Below, piece after piece: positions 29,320-37,947 of a DNA stretch of 53,953 bases (position 1 is the stretch's first letter; each line of letters begins with the position of its first letter). The translations under genes were made by a program, and so were the position numbers. A model generated the notes under the pieces. It saw nothing but the letters and a program-made list of their open reading frames with translations. It did not search any database and was not told where the DNA came from. This DNA is from a virus (Duplodnaviria; Caudoviricetes). The DNA lies in the IMG/VR virus record IMGVR_UViG_3300005573_000115, positions 1 through 53,953 of that record. One strand, written 5' to 3'.

Positions 29320-29377
29320 GGATTCAGACCGAATCAGAGGAAAATTTTCTTCCCTTCAGAGACTTCGCCTTAACCAG

Positions 29378-29806
29378 CTACGCGTTGGACTCCTGCTGAA
29401 GCGATTTCAGATAGGTCACGCACTCGTCGAGATCACGGAAGATCCTCTCCGCCGACTCCTGAAGAAACAGATGATCGTGAAGAGACCCTGGGATCAGAAA
29501 CACCCGCTTGCCGAGAGCGTAGGAGAATCCGATTTCCCAGACGGTTCCTATCGACACGGAGCGCGCCCCTGTCAGATTCACCAGAACGAAATCGGACAGC
29601 CGCAGACACCATGTGTCACGCTCGAAGTCGTTGAGGTCCCATGTGACTGGAATGGGCTTCCCCTCGACGAATCGCTCCGGGTGGCTGTCGGTCGGGTCGA
29701 ACACGTAGAATCGCCCGCGCAGATCCTCTGTCACCCGCCTCCGCCAGCCGGAGGACTCCTCTGGGGTCAGACCGGAGATGGGACCCGCCAGGTAGATCGA
29801 GAACAA
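29378..29806 (-). CDS. Nucleoside 2-deoxyribosyltransferase-like protein
   Basis: IYLAGPI, WR, RD...SD..LVN, SIGTVWEIG. Confidence 0.8.
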   Translation of the reverse strand: MFSIYLAGPISGLTPEESSGWRRRVTEDLRGRFYVFDPTDSHPERFVEGKPIPVTWDLNDFERDTWCLRLSDFVLVNLTGARSVSIGTVWEIGFSYALGKRVFLIPGSLHDHLFLQESAERIFRDLDECVTYLKSLQQESNA

Positions 29807-30187
29807 CTATTCGACCTCCTCGACCGCCGGGGCCGCAGCCTCGGTAGGGTGGGAGTGTCTCGTGTTCAGGGACCAACAGGTCATAAGTCGCCAGCCCCGC
29901 ATCGTCGGCTGGATGATGACCTTGGCGTGATGCCGAAACAGCGTGAGAGCGAAGCTCTGCTCACCATTCTGACCCCGGCGCAGAACGACCCTGGAGGTCG
30001 AGGACATGGCGACCCTGACCGCCTCCCGAATCCTGTCCTCTGACCATGCGGGCTTCCCTGGACCGACGACTCTGGTGTTCCATCGGTGAACGAAGTGCTC
30101 CGGGACATGAATACAAACCCGCTTGGAGCGAAATCCGACCACCGTTATCCCCCCCACTTTCGTCTGCTCAGGGTCTCGAAGGTCCAC
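29807..30187 (-). CDS. Hypothetical protein
   Basis: HFVHRWNTR and C-terminal LMTCW; start may lie downstream (~30143). Confidence 0.5.
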   Translation of the reverse strand: MDLRDPEQTKVGGITVVGFRSKRVCIHVPEHFVHRWNTRVVGPGKPAWSEDRIREAVRVAMSSTSRVVLRRGQNGEQSFALTLFRHHAKVIIQPTMRGWRLMTCWSLNTRHSHPTEAAAPAVEEVE

Positions 30188-30543
30188 TCGATGTCAGGCT
30201 CCAGACCGCTGGCCCGCTCCGACCTGGACATATCGTGGATGGATTCGATGAGATCCGAGATCGTCTTCATGATGTCCTCCCCGGAGCGATCCCGGCGAGC
30301 TCGCACAAGAAGCCTCAGAAATCCGACCGGAGCGCTCATCCGAACCGCAGGCGTCGGCTTCCGAAGCCCGAGACGATGGATGATGCGAGTGGCGTGCTGG
30401 GGGCTGCATCCCAGCATTCTGCCGATCTGAGCGTGGGCGTGACCCTCATCAAGAAGAGCCTTCAGATACGCCTTGAGCTGCGCGTCGGTCATATGTGGAG
30501 CGACTCTGCGCTCCCGGCCTCGGCGGCCAGTCGCCGTTCCCAT
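30145..30543 (-). CDS. HTH DNA-binding protein
   Basis: AQIGRMLGCSPQHATRIIHRLGL; ATG overlaps ATPase stop. Confidence 0.6.
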   Translation of the reverse strand: MGTATGRRGRERRVAPHMTDAQLKAYLKALLDEGHAHAQIGRMLGCSPQHATRIIHRLGLRKPTPAVRMSAPVGFLRLLVRARRDRSGEDIMKTISDLIESIHDMSRSERASGLEPDIEWTFETLSRRKWGG

Positions 30544-31907
30544 CAGGTAACGATCCTTTTGGCGACAGTTTTCTCGCCGGGGATTTCGGGGGAAGAGAAT
30601 CCAAGTCCGGCGGCATGGTAGCGGGTGCCCCACTCAGGAGAGGGAGACGCCTTTCTGGCCTCTCTGAGAGACCTGATAAGCTCCTTAACCTCATCCAGGG
30701 AGCAACCGTCCCCCAGAACCTTGCGGGTGACGGCCTCCAGGCGGATTTCGTTGAGATCGGCGAGCGAGAGGCCATCCGTCATCTCCGCGATGCTCCGAAT
30801 GTCACTCTGGGAGAAAAGTCTGTAATCCAAGATCCTCTCCAGATAGCGGAGGCGCATCTTCACATCCGGCATTCCCACGGTGATGAGTCGGTCGAACCTC
30901 CCCACGCGCCCCACCAGAGCCGGGTCGATCTGCTCGGGGTAGTTGGTAGTTCCGATGAGATAGACGCCCTTCTTCGACGTGAGCCCGTCGAGCTGATTCA
31001 GGAACGAGGTCCTGGAAACCTTCGGGCACTGCTGAATAGACTCCAGATCCTCGATGAACAGCATCGACGGGGCCTTGGAGACGACGAAGGCAAAGTTCTC
31101 ACGCATATCCTCCTCCGTGGTGTTGGCGGATATGGTCCAGTAGACCTTGCTCACCGCCGGGTACTTGGAGGCGATGAGGCGGAGAAGGGTGGTCTTGCCG
31201 TTGCCGGGAGGACCTGCCAGCAACACCCCCCGCTTATAGGGGATGTTGTACTCGGTATAGATCTCCGGGTGGTTGAAGAAGAGATCCAGAGACCGCCCCA
31301 CGTCCTCCAGCGTACTGTCGGGCAGGATGACATCCTCCTTTGAAATCAGGTCGATCTCCTGATAACTGTGATCTCCGTTATTCCAGACGTACATGCCTGT
31401 GTGATCTGCGCTCCATCTCCGGGCGAATTCAGCGGACTGGGACGCGATCCTGTCAATGGCGGAGACCGATGGAGCCAGGATGATGATGTCCGCTGGGTAG
31501 TCCCCAGTCAATGACTTCTGGTGTGGCTTGAAAACGAAGAGCTTGAATGAGCCCGTGTCAGGGTCTTCCATCAGCTCGGCGGTATGAGCGATGTCAAAAT
31601 GGTGGTCATTCGACCGGAGAAGCCTCCGTTTCTCCAGAAAATTCTTGTAGACCACCCTAAGAGAGGGAAGTCCCAGATACGGGGCGAGAGACAGCCACGG
31701 CTCATCTGGCGGCACAGAGCGGAAAACCCAGTTATGCCTGGTATACAGGTCGAGATCCCCGTCAAATTTAACCTTCACGGCGATCCCGTCAGGTCCGAAG
31801 AGCGTTCGGGCGGCATTCTGCATATCCTGCATGAAAGCCGCCTCCGCCCTGACATCCGGGCATTTCTCCTCGAACCGATCTAGATCGATATTCGTCAGCA
31901 GCTGCAA
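30543..31907 (-). CDS. AAA+ ATPase (classic AAA clade)
   Basis: KRGVLLAGPPGNGKT, LFIEDLE, FLNQLDG, TTNYPEQIDPAL..GRFD. Confidence 0.9.
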   Translation of the reverse strand: MQLLTNIDLDRFEEKCPDVRAEAAFMQDMQNAARTLFGPDGIAVKVKFDGDLDLYTRHNWVFRSVPPDEPWLSLAPYLGLPSLRVVYKNFLEKRRLLRSNDHHFDIAHTAELMEDPDTGSFKLFVFKPHQKSLTGDYPADIIILAPSVSAIDRIASQSAEFARRWSADHTGMYVWNNGDHSYQEIDLISKEDVILPDSTLEDVGRSLDLFFNHPEIYTEYNIPYKRGVLLAGPPGNGKTTLLRLIASKYPAVSKVYWTISANTTEEDMRENFAFVVSKAPSMLFIEDLESIQQCPKVSRTSFLNQLDGLTSKKGVYLIGTTNYPEQIDPALVGRVGRFDRLITVGMPDVKMRLRYLERILDYRLFSQSDIRSIAEMTDGLSLADLNEIRLEAVTRKVLGDGCSLDEVKELIRSLREARKASPSPEWGTRYHAAGLGFSSPEIPGEKTVAKRIVT

Positions 31908-31969
31908 TCCAATAACCTCCTGAGACTAAAGTACACCGCATAGATCCTGCACAGACAAAACAGAGAGGA

Positions 31970-32623
31970 TCAGATCATGGTGAGTGTCTGAGTACCGATG
32001 GAGACAAGGTGTTTCACACCAGGCCATGCATTTATCGCTTTGTCCCCGTAGAGACGCGGGTCGGGATCCGCCCCCAGTCTTCGCAGGCACAGCTCCCCAA
32101 ACAGTTCGCTGTCCCCGAGAGCCTTCCACACCTCCTCCGGGATTCTCGGCGAGCGATCGCCGTCTCCGGCCAGCATGCAGACTCGCCAGGCAGGGTATGT
32201 CCACTTGGGCAGGGCGCTAGGGAGGGGGTCCTGCCGGTGGGTGACACCGCTGAAGGTCAGCCCCCAACCGAAGCCCTCCACCATACCCCTCGCTCTTTTG
32301 AGACGGCTGGTTGACCATCCTAGGCCAGACAGCTCCACGAAGAGGTGGTCCCCCACAGAAGGGTACGCCACCGCTGGAGCGCAGTAGGCGTCCATTCTGC
32401 GGGGGAGTGACATCAGCATTATCGTCTGCTTATCGAAGGCGTTCAGTTCCATCGGAGACAGGTACTCCGGCAGAAGACTCCTCGGTGTCTGATAAACGCT
32501 CTCCAGGAAAACGGCGTGGTACCCTCTCCCACCCGTCCTCTCGTGGAATCCCTGGCACCCGATGGCATCAGGCAGCAGAATGGCGTCGGACCACAAAGGG
32601 CAGACCACGATATGCACCCTCAA
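31970..32623 (-). CDS. Hypothetical protein
   Basis: 217 aa, TTG behind GAGGAGG. Confidence 0.6.
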   Translation of the reverse strand: MRVHIVVCPLWSDAILLPDAIGCQGFHERTGGRGYHAVFLESVYQTPRSLLPEYLSPMELNAFDKQTIMLMSLPRRMDAYCAPAVAYPSVGDHLFVELSGLGWSTSRLKRARGMVEGFGWGLTFSGVTHRQDPLPSALPKWTYPAWRVCMLAGDGDRSPRIPEEVWKALGDSELFGELCLRRLGADPDPRLYGDKAINAWPGVKHLVSIGTQTLTMI

Positions 32624-32641
32624 GCGAACCCCTCCTCTCGA

Positions 32642-32992
32642 TCAGTATCTGGAGACCATGGGGTGCACGATCGGCTGGATCTCGTCCTCGGAGAGCCCGT
32701 CGTAGACCCCGGCCATGAACGGCCCGAAGAAGTCGTCTCCGAGCCCAGTCCGTCTCAATTCCGCCACGATGTCGGGGTTCTTCTCGAAGTACTTCCTGGT
32801 GAACGCCCCGAACTCCTCCGGTGGCAGCTCCGACCCGGCGAAGTCCGACTCCAGGATTCTTATGATCCTGACCCGGCTCTCCACTCGCTTCCGAAACGAC
32901 CGCTGTCTCAGCCATCTCACAAGTAGCCACCCGAAGATCCCGCCGACGACCGCCGCATCCCATGTGCGACCCGCTCCGTCATCGTCATTCAC
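32642..32992 (-). CDS. Hypothetical membrane-anchored protein
   Basis: N-terminal hydrophobic helix; SD GAGGAGGTG. Confidence 0.65.
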   Translation of the reverse strand: MNDDDGAGRTWDAAVVGGIFGWLLVRWLRQRSFRKRVESRVRIIRILESDFAGSELPPEEFGAFTRKYFEKNPDIVAELRRTGLGDDFFGPFMAGVYDGLSEDEIQPIVHPMVSRY

Positions 32993-33058
32993 TCAGAACA
33001 CCTCCTCTTTCATCCATCACCACCCTAACACAGTCTGCATCTTCTACCCCAGCCCCTC

Positions 33059-33086
33059 TTGACATTGACTTTTTGTAATGTATAAT
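33059..33086 (+). promoter_or_regulatory. sigmaA-type promoter TTGACA-N16-TATAAT
   Basis: Both hexamers match consensus, AT-rich context. Confidence 0.65.
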
Positions 33087-33487
33087 GCATTTTGGGGGAG
33101 TGTATATATTTTTTAAACTCACTCTCAAGGGAGGGGGTTGAGGGATTTCAAGAGGGAATCAATATAGAGAGACCCACTATAGGTTCTTTTGTCATAAAGG
33201 AGGCGCACCGGGGGCGCTGCGGGCCGGGGTTTCGGATGAGCGGGATCTTGACGTGTGATCTTCGGGATGTTTCAGTGGAGATGGGAAGCCCACGTCTCCT
33301 CGGTTATGGGGGTTAAGAGGGGAGAGGGAGCGATCCCTCTCTTCTCTCGCCTTCTGACTCACTATAGGGTGTTTAGGAATACCCCGACATCATCGCGGTG
33401 GTGGTGGAGTAGCCTCTCCCCTATTGTCACCGCCTGCGGCCATCCATCATCTGGAAGCATAATGCGGAAAGGGGGGGGTACTAGTAG

Positions 33488-33596
33488 ACTCCCCAATAGG
33501 CCCAATAGAAGCGCAATAGACGCCACAATAGACTCCCCAATAGGCTCAAGTGGGCGCATGTAGGCGTATTGGGTATACGGGCGAGTGCGCAATAGG
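33488..33596. repeat. Clustered CAATAG repeats including two copies of GACTCCCCAATAGGC
   Basis: CAATAG at 33494, 33503, 33514, 33526, 33538 and 33590. Confidence 0.85.
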
Positions 33597-33624
33597 CGAC
33601 TGCGCTATCGTATACGCTGACGGT

Positions 33625-33730
33625 GGGTGCCGCCGGGGGCACGGTGAGGGTGCCGCCGGGGGCACGGTGAGGGTGCCGCCGGGGGCACGGTGAGGGTGCC
33701 GCCGGGGGCACGGTGAGGGTGCCGCCGGGG
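33625..33730. repeat. 23-bp tandem repeat GGGTGCCGCCGGGGGCACGGTGA, 4 full copies + 1 partial
   Basis: Exact units start at 33625, 33648, 33671, 33694 and 33717. Confidence 0.95.
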
Positions 33731-33764
33731 TAGCGGACTGGGCAGGCTAGGGGCAAATTGGGGG

Positions 33765-33794
33765 TTGACATCGGCGGTGGGCAGGGTGTAGACT
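33765..33794 (+). promoter_or_regulatory. Putative early promoter TTGACA-N18-TAGACT
   Basis: Upstream of the first plus-strand gene. Confidence 0.6.
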
Positions 33795-33946
33795 GACCTT
33801 AGCAGGAGTCGGTCCTGCGGTCCCTCTGTTGCTGGGGGCAGAATCCAGAGAGGGAGGTTGAGAATTGAAGGGAGCGACGCAGATTCAGTTCTGATCCAAC
33901 GACGCTAGATCCGTTTAGATCCAATTTCCCTGGGAGGGGACAAGAT

Positions 33947-34600
33947 ATGGCCAAGATGAAGATGCAGGGTAAAGCGTCAGAGACGCCTAGGCTCAGTACG
34001 CCAACGGCTACTGAGCCGTCTCCAACGAAGATCGACAGTATGCAGGCTAAGCCTGCAACGCTAGAGGCCAGAAGCGGGCATGATCCCGCTAAAAGGCCCT
34101 GGAAGTCCCTCATCAGTTACACCTACCGGCCTATGGGCTCTTTCCCCATAGGCCCCCAGGGTTTCCTTCCGCTCCCCACTCGGGGGACGAAGGAAGCTTA
34201 CGGCGTGACCGGAACGACGCTCCTCCGGGCGCTTCTCGAAGCCCGAGAGGAAGTCGTCCTAACCTCACTCGTAGGGGATCCCCAGCCTGACGGGGATTCC
34301 CTACAAGACGTCCTCACGTTGGCGGCATCGTCGACGGCATCGACGTGGTTGATCTATACCAAGCCGGGGGCTCTCGCGAGAGCCAAGGACAGACTGGCGT
34401 CCGGGTCCTGGGACGCCGTCGTCCGTAAGGTCACGGCCGCAGGTTGGGCCGTGCACCGGCAGTCAGGAGAAAACCGGCAGCTCCTTCGGGAGCTGTTCGA
34501 AAAGGCCATTGCAGAAGGCCGGCCCGTCAGCGAAGGCCGCGATGCGGCTGACGCTGACGACGCTGATGAGGAAGAGGAGGAGGAGGAAGCAGAGGAGTAG
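33947..34600 (+). CDS. Hypothetical early protein with acidic C-terminal tail
   Basis: SD GGGAGGGG; ends DAADADDADEEEEEEEAEE. Confidence 0.75.
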   Translation: MAKMKMQGKASETPRLSTPTATEPSPTKIDSMQAKPATLEARSGHDPAKRPWKSLISYTYRPMGSFPIGPQGFLPLPTRGTKEAYGVTGTTLLRALLEAREEVVLTSLVGDPQPDGDSLQDVLTLAASSTASTWLIYTKPGALARAKDRLASGSWDAVVRKVTAAGWAVHRQSGENRQLLRELFEKAIAEGRPVSEGRDAADADDADEEEEEEEAEE

Positions 34601-34627
34601 CCTCTGCTCCCTCTCCCGTATCCTGCA

Positions 34628-34675
34628 GAGGATCCCTGAGACGGAATCTCAGGGATCCTCCTTTTTTTGGGAGGG
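34628..34675 (+). terminator. Hairpin + U-tract + SD unit
   Basis: 14-bp stem GAGGATCCCTGAGA/TCTCAGGGATCCTC, T7, GGGAGGG. Confidence 0.8.
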
Positions 34676-34682
34676 ATGCCGT

Positions 34683-34898
34683 ATGACGAAGACACTGGGA
34701 TCATGCTCATTGGGGACCATATCCGCCGTTGGTGAGAAATTTCAACTCACTACCAGGGGCGGTAACAGCCTCCTTCTGACGAAGGAGGAACTTTCGGAAA
34801 TGCTTCTCTGGGCAATCGCCCAGAGAGAAAAGGAGCAGGAGATAAGACTACAACTTCCCACGGCATATGTGGCAAGTATGGTCCGTCTAGGATTCTGA
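34683..34898 (+). CDS. Hypothetical protein
   Basis: ATG 34683 behind SD. Confidence 0.6.
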   Translation: MTKTLGSCSLGTISAVGEKFQLTTRGGNSLLLTKEELSEMLLWAIAQREKEQEIRLQLPTAYVASMVRLGF

Positions 34899-34914
34899 CG
34901 CCTTCGGTTGCTCT

Positions 34915-34964
34915 GGAATCCCGAAGAACGAATTCTTCGGGATTCCTCTTTTTTTTGGAGGTGA
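34915..34964 (+). terminator. Hairpin + U-tract + SD unit
   Basis: 14-bp stem, T8, GGAGGTGA. Confidence 0.8.
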
Positions 34965-34969
34965 TGTCC

Positions 34970-35257
34970 ATGTCGTACAATGGCTGGACGAATCGCGAGA
35001 CCTGGGCCGTAGATCTCTGGCTCACAGATGAGCCGGGGAGAGTTCCTGACATAGAGGTTGCTCCCGATCCCGACAGTCTTCAGGAATATGTCGAGGATCT
35101 GTGGGAAGACTTCCGCAGATACGTGGCAGACCTGTGGAAGAAGTCAGTCGGTTCGTCGCATGGCGATTGGGTCGCCGACATGATCGACGACGCATTCGTC
35201 TATTGGGATAAAATCAACTGGGAGGAGATTCACAAAAACCTCTACAGCACCTTCTAA
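34970..35257 (+). CDS. Conserved phage protein (YNGWTNRETW family)
   Basis: MSYNGWTNRETWAVDLW...INWEEI. Confidence 0.75.
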   Translation: MSYNGWTNRETWAVDLWLTDEPGRVPDIEVAPDPDSLQEYVEDLWEDFRRYVADLWKKSVGSSHGDWVADMIDDAFVYWDKINWEEIHKNLYSTF

Positions 35258-35273
35258 AATCCGACTCTTGGTT

Positions 35274-35328
35274 AGAGAAACCCTCGAAGGGATTGCAACT
35301 TCGAGGGTTCTCTTTTTTTTGGAGGTGA
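35274..35328 (+). terminator. Hairpin + U-tract + SD unit
   Basis: AACCCTCGAAG/CTTCGAGGGTT stem, T8, GGAGGTGA. Confidence 0.8.
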
Positions 35329-35332
35329 GAAA

Positions 35333-36001
35333 ATGGAGAGGTATTCTCGTCAGGACGTAGACGGCAAGGCCGTCTATGTCACCTCGTCCCGGAACGGGGC
35401 GTGGGGTGCTTATCCCCACGCCATCGAAGAGGATCCCTGGGTCATACCGACGCGGATAGAGCGTCGATATGACCCCACATGGGATCCGTGGCTACCAGAG
35501 CCGCAGATCACGGCCACCCACGCCCTGGGCCTCGCCCACGGGCACGAGTGGGCAAGCATCCTCGGGCGAAACCCGTCCTTTCCGAAGGACGGTCTGTCCG
35601 CCTGGAATCTGGCGGGCAAGATCGAGATTACATGTAAAGGAAGAGGCTACACTCCTTCCTGGCAGGACCCGGAAGCCATTACGGGCATTCGGTTTCCCGA
35701 TCTTGTCCCTTATTGGCGTGGGGGTGCGATGCACATCCATCGCACCGCCACCGGCCGCCTCCGATGGGCAGTGATGCCCTCGGGGACGGCATACATCGCC
35801 GTGTACCGACCAGAGGGGCTCGCCCTCGCCGCCCGCGTCGGCTCCTCGTCCCGCCTGATCTACGTCGCGTACACGGACGTTCCCGTGTACGCGCGCCACG
35901 TAGGAGCCCTCCGTTATGCACTAGGAGCGTTAGGAGCGCTCGATGGTGAGCCGGATCTCACCGAGGCGGTACCAGTCCTTGGCGAAACATCTACGCGCTA
36001 G
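35333..36001 (+). CDS. Hypothetical protein
   Basis: 222 aa, strong SD. Confidence 0.7.
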   Translation: MERYSRQDVDGKAVYVTSSRNGAWGAYPHAIEEDPWVIPTRIERRYDPTWDPWLPEPQITATHALGLAHGHEWASILGRNPSFPKDGLSAWNLAGKIEITCKGRGYTPSWQDPEAITGIRFPDLVPYWRGGAMHIHRTATGRLRWAVMPSGTAYIAVYRPEGLALAARVGSSSRLIYVAYTDVPVYARHVGALRYALGALGALDGEPDLTEAVPVLGETSTR

Positions 36002-36019
36002 GCGGTATACGCCTAGCCC

Positions 36020-36083
36020 CACCTCCACAAAAAACGAAGCCTCGGAGAATTCGATCTCCGAGGCTTCGTTTTTTGTGGAGGTG
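36020..36083 (+). terminator. Perfect 29-bp inverted repeat covering U-tract and SD
   Basis: CACCTCCACAAAAAACGAAGCCTCGGAGA-ATTCGA-reverse complement. Confidence 0.85.
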
Positions 36084-36089
36084 AAATGG

Positions 36090-36332
36090 ATGGATAGCAT
36101 CTTGAGACCCACTCCGAAAAGGAGACCAATCATCGTGTCTCTATTCAACCCCGCTCACGAAAAACCGCGCTATGTGGTTTTCAAGGGCGGCAGATTCATC
36201 GTCTTCGGGGAGGGCGCGGTCGGCGGCGTTCCCGCCCTCCTGTGTGGGAGCGGATCCAGCAGTTTCTGGATCCGCCGGGAAGACGCCACCTTCGTCAAGC
36301 CGGGGACGGAGGCTTGGGACGCTCTCGGCTAG
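36090..36332 (+). CDS. Hypothetical protein
   Basis: ATG behind GGAGGTG. Confidence 0.6.
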   Translation: MDSILRPTPKRRPIIVSLFNPAHEKPRYVVFKGGRFIVFGEGAVGGVPALLCGSGSSSFWIRREDATFVKPGTEAWDALG

Positions 36333-36342
36333 GGAACCTCGT

Positions 36343-36392
36343 GAGGATCCTGGGAGGTTGCCCCTCCCAGGATCCTCTTTTTTTGGAGGTGA
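36343..36392 (+). terminator. Hairpin + U-tract + SD unit
   Basis: GAGGATCCTGGGAGG/CCTCCCAGGATCCTC, T7, GGAGGTGA. Confidence 0.8.
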
Positions 36393-36396
36393 AATT

Positions 36397-36528
36397 GTGA
36401 CAGAGATGCAGGTTTACGCTTCCGTGGAAGCGTATTTCGTGCTTTTGGCGGTCATCGTGATCGGAGCATATTTCCTGTCGGCGCTGGAAAATGCGCTGAC
36501 TCACCGAAGAAAGAAGCGCCAAAAGTGA
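36397..36528 (+). CDS. Small single-pass membrane protein
   Basis: YFVLLAVIVIGAYFL followed by RRKKRQK. Confidence 0.6.
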   Translation: MTEMQVYASVEAYFVLLAVIVIGAYFLSALENALTHRRKKRQK

Positions 36529-36532
36529 GCAC

Positions 36533-36575
36533 AAGAGGAGAGGGTTTCAACCCTCTCCTCTTTTTTTGGAGGTGA
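36533..36575 (+). terminator. Hairpin + U-tract + SD unit
   Basis: AAGAGGAGAGGGT/ACCCTCTCCTCTT stem, T-run, GGAGGTGA. Confidence 0.8.
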
Positions 36576-36581
36576 TGTTCC

Positions 36582-37145
36582 ATGGATAATGTGGTTTACG
36601 AGTTCGAGGAAGGCCACCGACGACTCCTGATTCTCTACGACGAGTTCCCCCCAAACCCCCAAACTGAGTTCTCGAATCTGGGAACGATGGTGTGTGGTCA
36701 TAGGCGATACATACTGGGGAACGAGCAGGTCTCCTCCGCGGAGGAGATGAACGAGAGGATTCGAGCGCTCCCGAAGGGAAGTCTCGTACTTCCTCTTTAC
36801 CTCTACGATCACTCGGGCGTGGTGATGCAGACAAGGGGATTCTCCGAGATCGACTCTCACGGGTGGGACTGGGGATGCGTAGGATTCGTGTACGCCACCC
36901 CCGAGAAGATCCGGGAGAGTTACATGGTCAAGCAAATCACCAAGAAGATTCGAGAGAGAGCCCAAAGCCTCTTGGAAAGTGAGGTGGAGACGTACAGCCA
37001 CTACCTTAACGGAGAGGTATACGGGTTCATCGCCTACGAAGACGGAGAGGAGGTGGATTCCTGCTGGGGGTTCTACGGGTGGGATTGGGATAAGAACGGG
37101 CTGACTGAACACCTGCCGGAAGAGTTCCGCCCGCTCCTTCACTGA
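36582..37145 (+). CDS. Conserved phage/MGE protein
   Basis: NLGTMVCGHRRY.LG, LPLYLYDHSG, YLNGEVYG, DSCWGFYG. Confidence 0.8.
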   Translation: MDNVVYEFEEGHRRLLILYDEFPPNPQTEFSNLGTMVCGHRRYILGNEQVSSAEEMNERIRALPKGSLVLPLYLYDHSGVVMQTRGFSEIDSHGWDWGCVGFVYATPEKIRESYMVKQITKKIRERAQSLLESEVETYSHYLNGEVYGFIAYEDGEEVDSCWGFYGWDWDKNGLTEHLPEEFRPLLH

Positions 37146-37160
37146 TCCCCATGTGTGAGT

Positions 37161-37213
37161 AGAGAGGGAGGGCATTTTACTATGCTCTCCCTCTCTGTAT
37201 TTTTGGAAGGGAG
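37161..37213 (+). terminator. Hairpin + U-tract + SD unit
   Basis: AGAGAGGGAGGGCAT/ATGCTCTCCCTCTCT, T-run, GGAAGGGAG. Confidence 0.7.
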
Positions 37214-37223
37214 ATGAGATTTC

Positions 37224-37335
37224 GAGAGCGGCTCCTACTCCTACGCTACACTCTTCGACGAGGTGGCGTACTGGCGGAAGGCTAACGCCGTCCACAGTTG
37301 GTTCATGATGCACGCCCAGGACAAGGAGACTTTTC
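37224..37335 (+). pseudogene. Fragment of a YWRKAN-motif phage protein
   Basis: LFDEVAYWRKANAVHSWFM, out of frame with the ATG following the SD, and truncated. Confidence 0.55.
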
Positions 37336-37369
37336 GGTCATCTTCCTCACTTTTTTTGGAGGTGATCCC

Positions 37370-37714
37370 ATGGAGAAGATCCGTGTTCTGGTCTTTCCGC
37401 AGGATGGGAGTGGGGTTCGGGAGGAAAAGATCGCGAACGACTGGAAGGAGATGCAGAAGATCGTAGGGGGGTTCTTCGAGGCCGTCTCTCTTCTGCCAGA
37501 GGGTTACACCCTCTACTGCAACGAAGATGGGCTCGCAGAGAACCTTCCTCCCAACCCTTACACCAGACTTCTGGGACGAGACATCGCTTCGATGGTGCTC
37601 TGCCCGGATGGCCATCATATCCTGGGCACCTTCTTCGTCTCAAAGGAGGACGAGGAAGGAGAGTCCGTATCCCTGACAGATGAGGACATTTCGTTCATTC
37701 TGTCGGACGCCTGA
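37370..37714 (+). CDS. DUF3846-like protein
   Basis: MQKIVGGFFEAV, LYCNEDG...LPPN, ILGTFFV, SLTDE. Confidence 0.8.
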   Translation: MEKIRVLVFPQDGSGVREEKIANDWKEMQKIVGGFFEAVSLLPEGYTLYCNEDGLAENLPPNPYTRLLGRDIASMVLCPDGHHILGTFFVSKEDEEGESVSLTDEDISFILSDA

Positions 37715-37732
37715 CATCCCAAGTCAGGCGAT

Positions 37733-37947
37733 AGCCCCCGGAGTTTTCTCCGGGGGCTCTCTTTTTTTTGAGGGGGTTTCCCCCTTTCACCTCCCAGGGA
37801 CACGGGAGGGGGCAGAGAATGCTCCCTCCCGTTCTTTGTTTGGTGGAGAAAAACCCAAGCGACTAGACGAGTCTCTAGTCTCTACGTTCCAGAAGAAGCC
37901 TCGCTCGAAACTCGGGCGGGGCTTCTCATTTTTCTGAAGGGAGGTGA
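37733..37947 (+). terminator. Cluster of at least three hairpin + U-tract units with no intervening gene
   Basis: AGCCCCCGGAG/CTCCGGGGGCT T8; GGGAGGGGGCA/TGCTCCCTCCC; GAAGCCTCGCTCG/CGGGCGGGGCTTC T5 GGGAGGTGA. Confidence 0.7.

Noticed and set aside
33625-33730. Possible CRISPR array
   Set aside because: Repeats are contiguous with no spacers, and no cas genes are present
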